The notes: generated by a model from the sequence alone, not told the origin. DNA of 14,271 nt from Candidatus Bilamarchaeaceae archaeon (GCA_038851325.1 JAWCKZ010000016.1:328-14598); one strand, 5' to 3'; counted from the first letter of the stretch, positions 1-9,316 are shown. Made by a program: numbers and translations.

Positions 1-302
1 TTTACTCTTTCGCCAAATCTACTTTTGAATTCTTCTTTCAATTGGTCGAGACGTGCGGTAGTGTCTTTCAACGCCTTTACTCCCTTTTCCATATTTTGGA
101 GCTTATCGCCAAGCCGTTTTATGGTTCCTGTAACGGTGTCTAAACTGACTATTTCTTCATGAAGCGGTGTAAAAGACGATGTTCGCGGAAGCTGCTTTGC
201 AGCGCCACCCATTCTCGTGGTACCTCTCTCTGATTGTTTGGTTTCTGCAGGTTTTTCAATTACACCATTCCCGGCTTTTCCAAAATTACTATTGGTTACC
301 AT
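1..302 (-). CDS. Hypothetical protein, N-terminal 100 codons (runs off the window); low-complexity N-terminus followed by a probable coiled-coil segment
   Basis: Hand translation: ATG at 302, MVTNSNFGKAGNGVIEKPAETKQSERG...IKRLGDKLQNMEKGVKALKDTTARLDQLKEEFKSRFGERV, open to base 1. SD-like GAGAGGGGG at 315-307 and TATA-like boxes upstream. Not in the ORF track because there is no stop in the window. Confidence 0.75.
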   Translation of the reverse strand, partial: MVTNSNFGKAGNGVIEKPAETKQSERGTTRMGGAAKQLPRTSSFTPLHEEIVSLDTVTGTIKRLGDKLQNMEKGVKALKDTTARLDQLKEEFKSRFGERV

Positions 303-325
303 ACAACCCCCTCTCTGTGTTTTAC

Positions 326-420
326 TGTTCAATATTGTGAACAAGTATTTATAAATGTTTCTTTTTGGCTAAAAATGGCACACGCTCGCAGGAGTGAACT
401 TCTTTATAAATTGGTTCTTT
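326..420 (-). promoter_or_regulatory. Two tandem archaeal BRE/TATA-like promoter modules plus an inverted repeat, upstream of the 302..1 gene
   Basis: TTTATAAA at 348-355 and 403-410, each preceded on the minus strand by A-rich AAAGAA(A/C)C and followed by GTTCAC. TGTTCA-N6-TGAACA inverted repeat at 326-343. Confidence 0.5.
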
Positions 421-428
421 AGGTTAAT

Positions 429-459
429 GAAAAATAGAGGAAAAAGTAAAAAATAAAAA
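429..459 (-). terminator. Oligo(T) archaeal-type terminator for the triple-HTH gene
   Basis: Minus strand immediately after the stop at 460 reads TTTTTATTTTTTACTTTTTCCTCTATTTTT. Confidence 0.5.
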
Positions 460-1242
460 TCACGCACGAGGCGCAGACGGCGCCTCACCAGAATATTTTA
501 AAGCCTTTTGCTTTTTTAGTGCGAGCTCCTTGTCAATGAGTTCCCGCAGGACCTTCTCATGGACGAAGCGTCTTCCACCAATCTTCTCATGCGGTATTCT
601 ATTTCTGTCAAGCCTTCTCTCAAATGCGTTTCTTCTTATTTTTATTCCTGCCTTATGAAGATTTTGAAGCGCTTCTGTAACCGAGTAGTAATTTCTGCTC
701 ACATGAGTAAGAGCGTCTATAGCATCTTTTGGTACGAGCCTCCTTGTTCCAAGTTTAATAGATGGAACAGAGCCCTTTTCAACTCGGCCTATGAAGGCTC
801 TGAAGTTTATCTTTTCATTTGCCTTTTTATATTCCTGGAACGCTTCCCTGACAGTGTAAAATTCTTTTTTTGTGTTCACAATTTTTTCAAGAACAGACTG
901 CGGGATATATCTTTTTCTTCCGAGCTTTATGTAAGGAACAGTTCCTCTTTCTATCCGCCCACCAAACGCACGAAACGATAGTATAAGGCCTTTGTCTCTC
1001 AAATAGTCGTAGGCATCTTTTACAGAGTAAAGCTTGTAGGAGCTGCAAATAGCTTCCCCCTCTGCTTTTTGTTTATAGAGCTCTTGTGCAGCCTTAAAAA
1101 CAGTTGCCAAGGATGCGGAAAGACCTTTTTCTGTGCTTTCCCAATCCCTTTTGATACTTTCAACATCTATCCTTCTAAACTTATCAACCACATCATCGTT
1201 AATCTCGGTTTCTATTACAATCTTTTTGCCACGTGGCATCAT
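460..1242 (-). CDS. DNA-binding protein with three tandem excisionase/HTH_17 (MerR-like winged HTH) domains
   Basis: Three 57-aa repeats: LYSVKDAYDYL..RIERGTVPYIKLGRKRYIPQSVLE / FYTVREAFQEY..RVEKGSVPSIKLGTRRLVPKDAID / YYSVTEALQNL..RLDRNRIPHEKIGGRRFVHEKVLR, matching the Y(S/T)vxEa...GxlPxxKxGrrxxi pattern. The ORF track starts at 1260, but SD-like AGGTGG before ATG ATG favours 1242 or 1239. Confidence 0.8.
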   Translation of the reverse strand: MMPRGKKIVIETEINDDVVDKFRRIDVESIKRDWESTEKGLSASLATVFKAAQELYKQKAEGEAICSSYKLYSVKDAYDYLRDKGLILSFRAFGGRIERGTVPYIKLGRKRYIPQSVLEKIVNTKKEFYTVREAFQEYKKANEKINFRAFIGRVEKGSVPSIKLGTRRLVPKDAIDALTHVSRNYYSVTEALQNLHKAGIKIRRNAFERRLDRNRIPHEKIGGRRFVHEKVLRELIDKELALKKQKALKYSGEAPSAPRA

Positions 1243-1336
1243 ACCACCTTCATTTATCATAACTACAACTTAATTATATTTTATGACTTTTTATGTTATT
1301 TTTTATAAACCATACCATTTTTAAACCTTCTGATGC

Positions 1337-2584
1337 TTAACCACCTCTTTCCTGCTTTTGTTTAAGAGATTTCACAATATAAAAGACAATTATTATAAAT
1401 ATTACTCCAAAAACTATGTAAAAAAATGGGAATTCCTGTTCTTCCTTCTTTTCCTGTTCTTCCTCGCTTTTATTTTCTTCTGTTGTTGGCGCCACCTGAA
1501 CAACGAAACGACCTTCTTTTAAGGCTTTGTTTCCGTTGTAATCCTGCGCTTCTAAGACAAACTCAACAATTCTTCCATTTTCTATCTTTGGGAAATCTAT
1601 CCCATAGGTGTTTAGCGAGAGCACAAATACAGTGGCGCTCTCCAACTTGCCATCCGGCAATATTCTGTATCGCGCGCTAATCTGCCGTGTTTTCACTCCA
1701 GAGGCAAATACTCCCTCGTCCGTTATATCAACGAGAAGACGAACGCGGTCTTTCCCAACAAAGGTTTCTCTTACATCGCCTATTGTTGGCGGATGAGTAT
1801 CAAAGGGTATGGTTGCGTTTCTTGAGCGCGCAGGCGATATAGTGACTGTTTGTTGCGCATCTCCGTGGATAACTGTGAGCGTAGCCTTCTCCTCATATAT
1901 AGCGAGCGAGGTAGAGCCGTTTATTTGGTATGTTGTGTTAAGATAGACAACATCTGCTGATAGCGGTACACCACGGTCATCTACAACAAGTACACTAATG
2001 TTATATATTGGGATTGTGGCGTGACGCATAGTGTCACCGGCAACAGAAACCACCCCTGTCTCTTCCCCGCCAAGATACGAGACAAGATACGGAATCGCAG
2101 TCTGGTTCTTTGAATAGAATGCTACATTGCCGTTATTATCTGTGCGCTTTGTTTTGTTAAGAAAGAAAACAGTTGCGTTTCCAAGCGGATTGCCATACTG
2201 GTCTGTTACTAGGAACCTTACAATGTATATAGGAAGAAAGACATCAACCGTGGGACCGTGCTGAGTTGCGTTTATAACTTTCTCCACTCGCGAAGGGCCA
2301 TACGATACGAATATCCATATTCGACAATCTATCTTTCGTGTTGTTGTACCGCCATTTGAAAATGAAAAATGAACGCGCCCGCTTTCGTTTGTCTCCTTTG
2401 GTTGTGTTGTGTAATACTGCTCTCCAAATGTCAGTCCGCGATCAAACATCACAGAAACATCCGCACCCTGGATAGGCCGCCATTGCGCATCAAGGACGCG
2501 AACATCAAAACTCTCATTGTATCCTCTACATTCTATCCCAAAAGAAACAGAGGCAAGAAGAAAGATGAGAATCCAGCATCGCAT
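1337..2584 (-). CDS. Secreted, C-terminally membrane-anchored surface protein with beta-sandwich (carboxypeptidase-regulatory-like/Ig-like) repeats
   Basis: N-terminal signal peptide MRCWILIFLLASVSFG; repeated motifs VRVLDAQWRPIQGADV, FLVTDQYGNPLGNATV, VLVVDDRGVPLSADV; DTHPPTI Ig-like junction; many N-x-S/T sequons; E/K-rich linker, then TM helix FFYIVFGVIFIIIVFYIV and a basic tail. Confidence 0.8.
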   Translation of the reverse strand: MRCWILIFLLASVSFGIECRGYNESFDVRVLDAQWRPIQGADVSVMFDRGLTFGEQYYTTQPKETNESGRVHFSFSNGGTTTRKIDCRIWIFVSYGPSRVEKVINATQHGPTVDVFLPIYIVRFLVTDQYGNPLGNATVFFLNKTKRTDNNGNVAFYSKNQTAIPYLVSYLGGEETGVVSVAGDTMRHATIPIYNISVLVVDDRGVPLSADVVYLNTTYQINGSTSLAIYEEKATLTVIHGDAQQTVTISPARSRNATIPFDTHPPTIGDVRETFVGKDRVRLLVDITDEGVFASGVKTRQISARYRILPDGKLESATVFVLSLNTYGIDFPKIENGRIVEFVLEAQDYNGNKALKEGRFVVQVAPTTEENKSEEEQEKKEEQEFPFFYIVFGVIFIIIVFYIVKSLKQKQERGG

Positions 2585-2605
2585 GTTCCTATCTAGTCAG
2601 TTGCT

Positions 2606-2666
2606 TTTTTAAACATTTTGTGCAGATGGCAGCAGCATATTCAACAATAAGCGAAATCAATTTAAA
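2606..2666. promoter_or_regulatory. Divergent TATA boxes for the surface-protein gene (minus) and the COG1709 regulator (plus)
   Basis: Minus-strand TTTAAAAA at 2613-2606, about 22 bp before ATG 2584. Plus-strand GCGAAATCAA-TTTAAA at 2651-2666, about 20-24 bp before TTG 2687/GTG 2690. Spacing fits leaderless archaeal transcripts. Confidence 0.5.
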
Positions 2667-2686
2667 CAGTTGCCACACATTTAGAT

Positions 2687-3388
2687 TTGGTGGTCTTCTT
2701 GGAAAAAATAAAAAGAGAAATAGCCGGAGAAATAGCCCTCTCACAAAGTCCAGGAGAAACAATGAGAAAGTGGCGGGAGATATTTGAGATAAGTCAAGTT
2801 GAACTTTCTAAGGTGTTAAAGGTTACCGTTTCAACAATAAGCGACTACGAGGGCGGGAGGAGAAAATCACCAGGCACAACAGTCATAAGGCGTTTTGTTG
2901 ACGCGCTTTTTAAGATAGATGAATCAAAGGGTGGAAAGATAATGCAAAAGTTCAAGGAAAAAGAGAGACCAACCGATGAGTTCTTCGAGGTTCACGAATT
3001 TGCAAGAAGCATTCCGCTTAGCGATTTTGTTCATCTCATTAAAGGAGAGGTCATCACGAACAAAGATGTTGTAGAGAATTCTAGAATTTACGGTTATACC
3101 CTAATAGACAGTATAAAGGTCATATTGGAGATGCCATTTTCATATTTCCAGAATCTTTACGGAAACGTTAAAGAGCGCGCCTTTATCTTCATGGGCGTAA
3201 GCACAGGCAGGAGCCCTTTTGTCGTAGTGAGGGTCAGTCCATCCAAGCCATCTGTCATTGTGCTTCATAACATAGATGTAAATAAAATAGACAAACTTGC
3301 GATAAAAATATCCGAAAAAGAAAGGATACCCATGATTGTGAGCAAAATGCCCATAGACGAGATAAAAACAACGCTCAATAAGATATAG
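2687..3388 (+). CDS. Archaeal XRE-family HTH transcriptional regulator (COG1709-like)
   Basis: IAGEIALSQSPGETMRKWREIFEISQVELS...STISDYEGGRRKSPG HTH; C-terminal GYTLIDSIK and GVSTGRSPFVVVRV motifs typical of this archaeal family. Start TTG 2687 or GTG 2690. Confidence 0.85.
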   Translation: MVVFLEKIKREIAGEIALSQSPGETMRKWREIFEISQVELSKVLKVTVSTISDYEGGRRKSPGTTVIRRFVDALFKIDESKGGKIMQKFKEKERPTDEFFEVHEFARSIPLSDFVHLIKGEVITNKDVVENSRIYGYTLIDSIKVILEMPFSYFQNLYGNVKERAFIFMGVSTGRSPFVVVRVSPSKPSVIVLHNIDVNKIDKLAIKISEKERIPMIVSKMPIDEIKTTLNKI

Positions 3389-3409
3389 CATATATAATTG
3401 CGTATTCTA

Positions 3410-3441
3410 CAGCAATTTGACAGCTATCAGCAATTTGACAG
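3410..3441. repeat. Perfect 14-bp direct repeat (two copies, 18-bp period) between convergent genes
   Basis: CAGCAATTTGACAG at 3410-3423 and 3428-3441. Confidence 0.85.
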
Positions 3442-3454
3442 GCAACTCGTAGGA

Positions 3455-3805
3455 CTATAAGAGTTTTAATTTGCCAAAGATCTTGTCCAACTTCTCTTCG
3501 TTCCATGGACCAGCGCCGAAGCAGGTTATAGTTCCTGGTTCAACTTGGGTATGGCCTGCATCTCTTACGAGCTCGCACGGTATCCCTTCTCTTCTTGCAA
3601 GCTCAAAGTACTGAAGAAGTTCCCTTTCACTACTTACTTTTAGCACAATCTTTTTCTGTCCCTCAACCTCCCACGCTGTGGCTATCTCTGGATTTCTTTT
3701 CTCTACTAATCTAAACGCAGCCAACGAGGCATGGGAGCATTGCGCAGCAAGTTTTCCCTTTCCCAAACGGAGGTCAGAACGAACTACTATCACTTGTTTG
3801 TACAT
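3455..3805 (-). CDS. pth2: Peptidyl-tRNA hydrolase, archaeal/eukaryotic Pth2 family
   Basis: [53 protein letters not shown]. Starts 4 bp after the ileS stop. Confidence 0.95.
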   Translation of the reverse strand: MYKQVIVVRSDLRLGKGKLAAQCSHASLAAFRLVEKRNPEIATAWEVEGQKKIVLKVSSERELLQYFELARREGIPCELVRDAGHTQVEPGTITCFGAGPWNEEKLDKIFGKLKLL

Positions 3806-3809
3806 ACAT

Positions 3810-6659
3810 TCACTTTGTTTTTTTTATTTTTATCTTTACGGTTCTTCCATCTATAATATTCTCTTCCATTCCTTCTACTTCCTCAAACAAGAATTCAGAC
3901 GCGTTCACTATCCCCCGGAGCTTTTCCTGATGCTTTCTAATTGTCCTCTCTATCTCATTTTCACTTCGTATTATAATCTTTATCTTATCACGCTCTATCA
4001 GCCCAGCACTCTTTCGCATATTCTGTATTCTCCTCTTTAGTTCATTTACTATTCCTTCCTCGTAAAGCTCCTCATCTATCCTTTTGCTTATGTGAACAAG
4101 ACCATCTTCGAATTCGGAGGATGCGAATTCTCCATGCGGTTTATCTTCTGAGCATTTAATCTCTTTTGCATTCAACAGAGTTGCGATAACCTCTTTAAAG
4201 CTCGCTGCGGCCTCAACCACTTCGTGAGATTTTGTTTCTATGTAAATGGTTCTAACCGGCCACCTTGTTTTTATGGATGCTGCCTGCCTTGCTAAAAGGC
4301 CGGCAGAGATTATGCTTTGTACCACTTCCATTCTTTTCTCTGCCATCTTGTCTATCTTTCCCTCATCATCAATGGGCATGGGCAAGAGAGATACTGATAT
4401 TTCTTTTTCAAATTTTCTGAAAAATTTCTGATAAACATACTCTGTGATGAATGGCGTTATTGGGGTTAACATTATTATAGAATCAAGAAGGGCGTTGTAG
4501 ATACAACAGAGCGCTTCTGTTGCGCTCTCTCCGTTCGCTATCCTATCTTTTGCTATCTTCATGTAAAATCTACTCACATCCTCTACGATAAAGCTCCTCA
4601 GTATTTTGACAGCTCGATTTATCTCGTAATTTTCAAAATTGGTTCTGTACTCTCTTACAACGGTATTGAGCCTGCTAATCAACCATCTGTCTTCTGCCCT
4701 AAATTCGAGATGTTTGTTTTCTTCAGTTATCTTTTCCTCTGGATAGAACCGTTCAAGAAATACTGCAAGATTGTAGAGGATGTTCAAATCTCCACTTGCT
4801 GTTTTAAGCTCATCCCAACTAAACTTTAGTTCCTCCCATACGGTATTGCTAAGGCTCCATAACCTGAACGTATCTGCACCATATTTCTCAATAATCTCTT
4901 CGAGAGGGACAAAGTTGCCAAGCGATTTACTCATCTTTTCTCCATGTTCATCTACAAAAAAGCCATGCATCAAAACTCTTTTGTACGGTGAATGGCCGTA
5001 GCGTACGATTCCTGAGCCTATGAGAGAGTAGAACCATCCTCTTATTTGGTCTTGTCCTTCGATTATGACCTCGGAGATTTCTCCGTATTTTTCTACATCC
5101 TCCTTAGTAAGGGAAGCCCATACAGCATTACCAGAGTCAAACCATACATCAAGCACATCTGGAATGCGATACATCTCCCCGCCGCATTCGCATTTGAACA
5201 TTACCTTGTCCACATAGGGCTTGTGGAGCTCTCTCACCTTGGGAAGCTCGTTTCGTGAGCCGACAACCTTGATGTTCCCGCACTTTACGCATTTCCATAT
5301 AGGCAACGGTATCCCCCAGTATCTTTGTCTTGAGATGCACCAATCGGGCGCACTCGTAACAAATTCCTTAAATCGCTCTCGTGCAAATTTGGGATGCCAT
5401 TCTATCTTATCTATCTCGTCAACTATTTTTTCCTTTATTTTCGATATCGTGATAAACCACTGTTTGGTTGTGAGGAATATCAATGGCGTCTTGCATCTCC
5501 AGCAATGCGGATAACGGTGTTTGATCCTCTCTGCATGAAGGAGCGTTCCGTTAGCCTTAAGAAGCTGGATTATCTCAGGGTTCATTTCGCGTACATTCTT
5601 CCCTTTAAAAAACTCCCCGGCTTCCTCTGTATACCGCCCTGATTCATCTACCGGAGAAAATATCTCTATGTCAAATCTTTTCCCTATGATAAAATCCTCC
5701 TGTCCATGGCCGGGTGCGCAATGCACGAGCCCGCTTCCTTCCTCTAGTGTAACATACTCATCAGAAAGCACAATCTTTCTATTTGCTTCCTTTTTAATCA
5801 AATCCTGAAAAGGGTGCTCGTACTCCATATCTTTTAGTTTTCTACCTGGCAATTCTTCCAGCACGATTGCGCTTCTCTCCAGAAGATTCATAAGGTACTC
5901 AAGCCTGTCTTTGGCCAGATACCATATTTCATCATCCACCTTTACCTTTACATATGTAAATGTGGGGTGCGCCATAACAGCCATGTTCGCAACCAATGTC
6001 CACGGCGTAGTTGTCCATATAACGAGAAACTCATTGTCTCTATTCTTTAACCTGAATTTCACAAAGATGCTTGGGTCTGTCTCCTCATCGTATTCGAGTT
6101 CGTAGTTTGCCATCGTTGTTTCGCATCGATAGCAGTATGGTAAAACATAAGCACCTTCGTGCATAAGTCCTTTATCCCATGCCATTTTCAGGGTAAGCCA
6201 CGACGAATCGATGTAATCATCTTTATATGTTATGTACGGATTGTTCCAGTCCATCCATACCCCAAGCATCTCGAACTGGTTACTCATCACATCAATGTAC
6301 CGCGTTGCAAACTCTTTGCATCTTTCTACAAATCTTTCTATGCCAAGTTGTTCTATCTCGCCCTTATTCTTTATCCCTAGTTCCTGTTCCACCTTAACTT
6401 CGATTGGTAAGCCGTGGGTGTCGTATCCAGGCTGGACGCGCACATCCTTCCCATTCATTCTCTGGTAGCGACACACAGCATCCTTTATTACTTTATTCCA
6501 TCCAGTTCCTGGATGAATCTGGCCAGTGGCGTAGGGCGGGCCGTCGCAAAAATAGAACCTTCCCTGTGCTTTAGCAGTTTTCTCTTTGGCTCTTTTGTAT
6601 ACCTCATTATTTTTCCAGTAGTCAAATATCTCCTTCTCTATCTTCTTGTGGTCATACAT
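3810..6659 (-). CDS. ileS: Isoleucine--tRNA ligase (archaeal type)
   Basis: [14 protein letters not shown] (HIGH-equivalent), [10 protein letters not shown], editing-domain WTTTPWTL and [53 protein letters not shown] upstream. Confidence 0.97.
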   Translation of the reverse strand: MYDHKKIEKEIFDYWKNNEVYKRAKEKTAKAQGRFYFCDGPPYATGQIHPGTGWNKVIKDAVCRYQRMNGKDVRVQPGYDTHGLPIEVKVEQELGIKNKGEIEQLGIERFVERCKEFATRYIDVMSNQFEMLGVWMDWNNPYITYKDDYIDSSWLTLKMAWDKGLMHEGAYVLPYCYRCETTMANYELEYDEETDPSIFVKFRLKNRDNEFLVIWTTTPWTLVANMAVMAHPTFTYVKVKVDDEIWYLAKDRLEYLMNLLERSAIVLEELPGRKLKDMEYEHPFQDLIKKEANRKIVLSDEYVTLEEGSGLVHCAPGHGQEDFIIGKRFDIEIFSPVDESGRYTEEAGEFFKGKNVREMNPEIIQLLKANGTLLHAERIKHRYPHCWRCKTPLIFLTTKQWFITISKIKEKIVDEIDKIEWHPKFARERFKEFVTSAPDWCISRQRYWGIPLPIWKCVKCGNIKVVGSRNELPKVRELHKPYVDKVMFKCECGGEMYRIPDVLDVWFDSGNAVWASLTKEDVEKYGEISEVIIEGQDQIRGWFYSLIGSGIVRYGHSPYKRVLMHGFFVDEHGEKMSKSLGNFVPLEEIIEKYGADTFRLWSLSNTVWEELKFSWDELKTASGDLNILYNLAVFLERFYPEEKITEENKHLEFRAEDRWLISRLNTVVREYRTNFENYEINRAVKILRSFIVEDVSRFYMKIAKDRIANGESATEALCCIYNALLDSIIMLTPITPFITEYVYQKFFRKFEKEISVSLLPMPIDDEGKIDKMAEKRMEVVQSIISAGLLARQAASIKTRWPVRTIYIETKSHEVVEAAASFKEVIATLLNAKEIKCSEDKPHGEFASSEFEDGLVHISKRIDEELYEEGIVNELKRRIQNMRKSAGLIERDKIKIIIRSENEIERTIRKHQEKLRGIVNASEFLFEEVEGMEENIIDGRTVKIKIKKTK

Positions 6660-6762
6660 TTTTTTGCACCTGAATCCTTTTAGATACCTTTAGGGAAAGA
6701 TATTAACGGAGAAAAGTAATAAAAATTCTAGTCACTATCTGGAAGATGCATAAAAATAAACC

Positions 6763-6770
6763 TTTAAAAA
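6763..6770 (+). promoter_or_regulatory. TATA box for the Tat/transglutaminase-like gene
   Basis: TTTAAAAA preceded by an A-rich tract, 22 bp before GTG 6793. Confidence 0.45.
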
Positions 6771-6792
6771 CATTTCCTTTGCCAGTATCATC

Positions 6793-7755
6793 GTGTCAGA
6801 TTTTGTGCAAAGACGAAGCAGAAGGGAATTTATTAAGGTTGCAGCCGCAGCAGCCGCAGTAGCGATTATTAGACCTTGCGCTCTTCTTGCTGAAGGGCCG
6901 ATAAAGGAAATTGGAGAAAATAGAGAATCAGTGGATCCATTTTGCTCAAAGAAGCTTCCAGCGCTTCTGAAAGGTATAAACGGAAGCAGCTCTGAAAAGG
7001 CACAGAAACTCTTTGAATTGCTACGCATTGGCAACGGGGTGCTTAAGGTTGATTCTTTAAAAAGGAGCAAGGAAGGTGAAGAGAGGAGGCCACCAAGAAC
7101 TGTTGATGAAGCGCTCAAAAATGGTGGAGATTGTACGGAGCTTGCCTTTGTTGTTATCTCTGCTGCAGAAATCCTTGGCCTTGAGGCAGGTGGTGCGCTT
7201 GTTCACCTTAACAATGCACCAGCGCATATCGACCACTTTGTAGCGTATGTGGTCCTAGATGGCAAAAAGATCTTTATAGATCCACAAGCTGAAAAAATCG
7301 GCGCGGTAGGTTCTGAAGAGAAATACGTAGTTTTGCATGACGTTCCCTCAAAAAGCACGAGATGGATGTACTACCGAGAGTTTGGGAATTACTATCTTAC
7401 AAAGAAGAAGTATGAGTTGGCCGCAAAGTTCTTCAAGAAGGCGCTTGATTTTTATGATAAGGATGCTTATGTTTATCATGGGCTTGGAACTTCCTACGAA
7501 TACTTGGAGGACGTAAAAAATGCCCTTGCTGCGCATAAAAAAGCGTACGAGCTTGAACCACAGAACAAAAAATATGAGAAGAATGCAAGGATAGCAGAGT
7601 TCAATTACGAGATGGAAATAGGTGTTGAATGCTATAACTCAGGCGATAGAAAGGAAGCAAAAAAGCATTTTGAGAGAGCAATAAAGATCGGGGAGGGAGT
7701 TGTAGGCAGCGCCAACATAAAGCAGGCAAAAGAATACAGCGCGGCGTGCGATTAA
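6793..7755 (+). CDS. Twin-arginine-signal protein with a transglutaminase-like (Cys-His-Asp) domain and C-terminal TPR repeats
   Basis: SRREFIK plus a hydrophobic Ala-rich h-region (Tat consensus); GGDCTELA, HFVAYV and IDPQ triad motifs; TPR-like helices YYREFGNYYLTKKKYELAAKFFKKALDF, VYHGLGTSYEYLEDVKNALAAHKKAYELEPQN, MEIGVECYNSGDRKEAKKHFERAIKI. Confidence 0.8.
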   Translation: MSDFVQRRSRREFIKVAAAAAAVAIIRPCALLAEGPIKEIGENRESVDPFCSKKLPALLKGINGSSSEKAQKLFELLRIGNGVLKVDSLKRSKEGEERRPPRTVDEALKNGGDCTELAFVVISAAEILGLEAGGALVHLNNAPAHIDHFVAYVVLDGKKIFIDPQAEKIGAVGSEEKYVVLHDVPSKSTRWMYYREFGNYYLTKKKYELAAKFFKKALDFYDKDAYVYHGLGTSYEYLEDVKNALAAHKKAYELEPQNKKYEKNARIAEFNYEMEIGVECYNSGDRKEAKKHFERAIKIGEGVVGSANIKQAKEYSAACD

Positions 7756-7774
7756 TCACGCGCGCGATTAATCA
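7748..7774. terminator. Near-perfect palindrome spanning both stop codons of convergent genes; possible bidirectional terminator
   Basis: GATTAATC-A-CGCGCG-C-GATTAATC (7750-7773). It is also an 11-bp direct repeat GCGATTAATCA at 7748-7758 and 7764-7774. Confidence 0.4.
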
Positions 7775-9316
7775 TATTTCCCTAAATTCTATTTCACCAA
7801 ATCTTTCCTGTAGTTTCTTTATTTTATTCCTGTGCTTTTTGAAAAGTCTGACTAAATCGCCATGGCTTGCGCGCACGATAAAACCCTCGTCTGTTTTTTC
7901 CACAAAAAATTCGTCCTGAAAGAGCGATGAGAGTTTTTTCTCAAGCGGCAGAACCTTTGACCGCGCAACCCCGCCGATAACTGGAAGCACAACTGTTTCC
8001 TCACCAAATTTGTACATCTCGTATTCTATCTGCCCACTCTCGAAATCACGCACCTCTATCACAGGCCTTGCAAGGTCTTCCTCACGCATTCCAGATGGCA
8101 CCTTTACTACATGTCTTAGTTCGTACACTTTCCCAATTTCCCCTCGGTCTATCATTATGACTGTATCAACAACTTGAGGTATAACACCGAGTTCGACCTT
8201 CCCTATAAAGCGCTGGATAGCATCTATCGCTCTTCTACCATGCACGACCCCAACAAGCCCAATACCAGCAAGGCGCATATCCGCGAATACACTAAAATCC
8301 TTCGTTTTTCTCATTTCATCATAAAACGTGTAATCCGGTCTGACAAGGAGCAGGATCTCCTTTGTATGTTCAAAATCACCTTCAAGTGCAGTGTACTGTG
8401 TTATCTCACTTCTTACCTGCATGTCGCGTGGGCTTTCCATAGTTTTCACAACCTTCCCCTTTTCATAGTAATACTCCGCGAGCGCGGCGGCGAATGTGGA
8501 TTTTCCACAACCTGGTGGCCCGCATATAACTATCCCTTCTGCCTGCCGGTCTATACGCTGCCTAAGCTTCTCACTCATTCTATAGTCTGACAGCTTCATT
8601 TTTCTTATCGGCCTTACGATGGTTATCTCAAAACCATCAGAAAAGGGCGGTTTTGATATTACTATACGGTTGTTTCTCATCTGGATAACGCTTGCGCCCC
8701 TTCTATCTATCTCATAATAGTAATCAATATTTCTTTTTGCTGCTTCCACTATCTCCTCGCCAAGTTTTCTTATCTCTTGAGTCGTTATAACTTCGTTCAG
8801 TTCGATTATCTTTATCCTTCCTGGCCCGCCTTTTTTGATGAGTGGTTTGCAGCCCTCTTTCAAATGAACAGACATAGTTTCCGCGTCGAAATATTTTTCA
8901 AATGGCAACTCCTTTGCTTCCTCTCTCGCGCGCAGGTAAATAGTTTCTATTCCTTCTGCCAGTGCGGCCTGATGCTGAACACTGTCCCCTGTTATGAGCA
9001 CTCCACCAAGTCCTTTTGCCACTGCTCTTATCCTTGCATCTATGGCACCGAGTTCTTTCGCACCGCGTATCTCCGCGGTGGTCGGTCTCTCACCCATTAG
9101 CGTTATCCTTACTCTTCCTTGCGCTTCAAGTTGTCTGAGTCGTTCTATCGTTTTAAATCCAGCATAACCTATCTCTTTATTCATATTTGCCTGATGCTCA
9201 AGCTCTGCGATCGTCGCAGCAGTTATGATTATCTCACCCTCGATCTTTCCACCTTCTACAAGTTCGATAATCCGTCCATCGGCAATTATGCTCGTATCGC
9301 AAACATAACTGACCAA
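7772..9316 (-). CDS. PIN-domain plus PilT/VirB11-like ATPase (PINA / MJ1533 / COG1855 family)
   Basis: PIN motif [11 protein letters not shown]...AELEHQAN...DARI; Walker [59 protein letters not shown]. The ORF-track start at 9394 overlaps folC; TTG 9316 follows SD GGTGA (9326-9322) and is the better start. Confidence 0.9.
   Translation of the reverse strand: MVSYVCDTSIIADGRIIELVEGGKIEGEIIITAATIAELEHQANMNKEIGYAGFKTIERLRQLEAQGRVRITLMGERPTTAEIRGAKELGAIDARIRAVAKGLGGVLITGDSVQHQAALAEGIETIYLRAREEAKELPFEKYFDAETMSVHLKEGCKPLIKKGGPGRIKIIELNEVITTQEIRKLGEEIVEAAKRNIDYYYEIDRRGASVIQMRNNRIVISKPPFSDGFEITIVRPIRKMKLSDYRMSEKLRQRIDRQAEGIVICGPPGCGKSTFAAALAEYYYEKGKVVKTMESPRDMQVRSEITQYTALEGDFEHTKEILLLVRPDYTFYDEMRKTKDFSVFADMRLAGIGLVGVVHGRRAIDAIQRFIGKVELGVIPQVVDTVIMIDRGEIGKVYELRHVVKVPSGMREEDLARPVIEVRDFESGQIEYEMYKFGEETVVLPVIGGVARSKVLPLEKKLSSLFQDEFFVEKTDEGFIVRASHGDLVRLFKKHRNKIKKLQERFGEIEFREI

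Noticed and set aside
460..1260. Prophage or integrative element marked by an excisionase
   Set aside because: No integrase, tRNA/att site or viral gene in the window; neighbours look chromosomal. Sequence left of the window is unseen.
6840..6863. GCAGCC/GCA triplet run
   Set aside because: It encodes the poly-Ala h-region of the Tat signal peptide and is not an independent repeat element.
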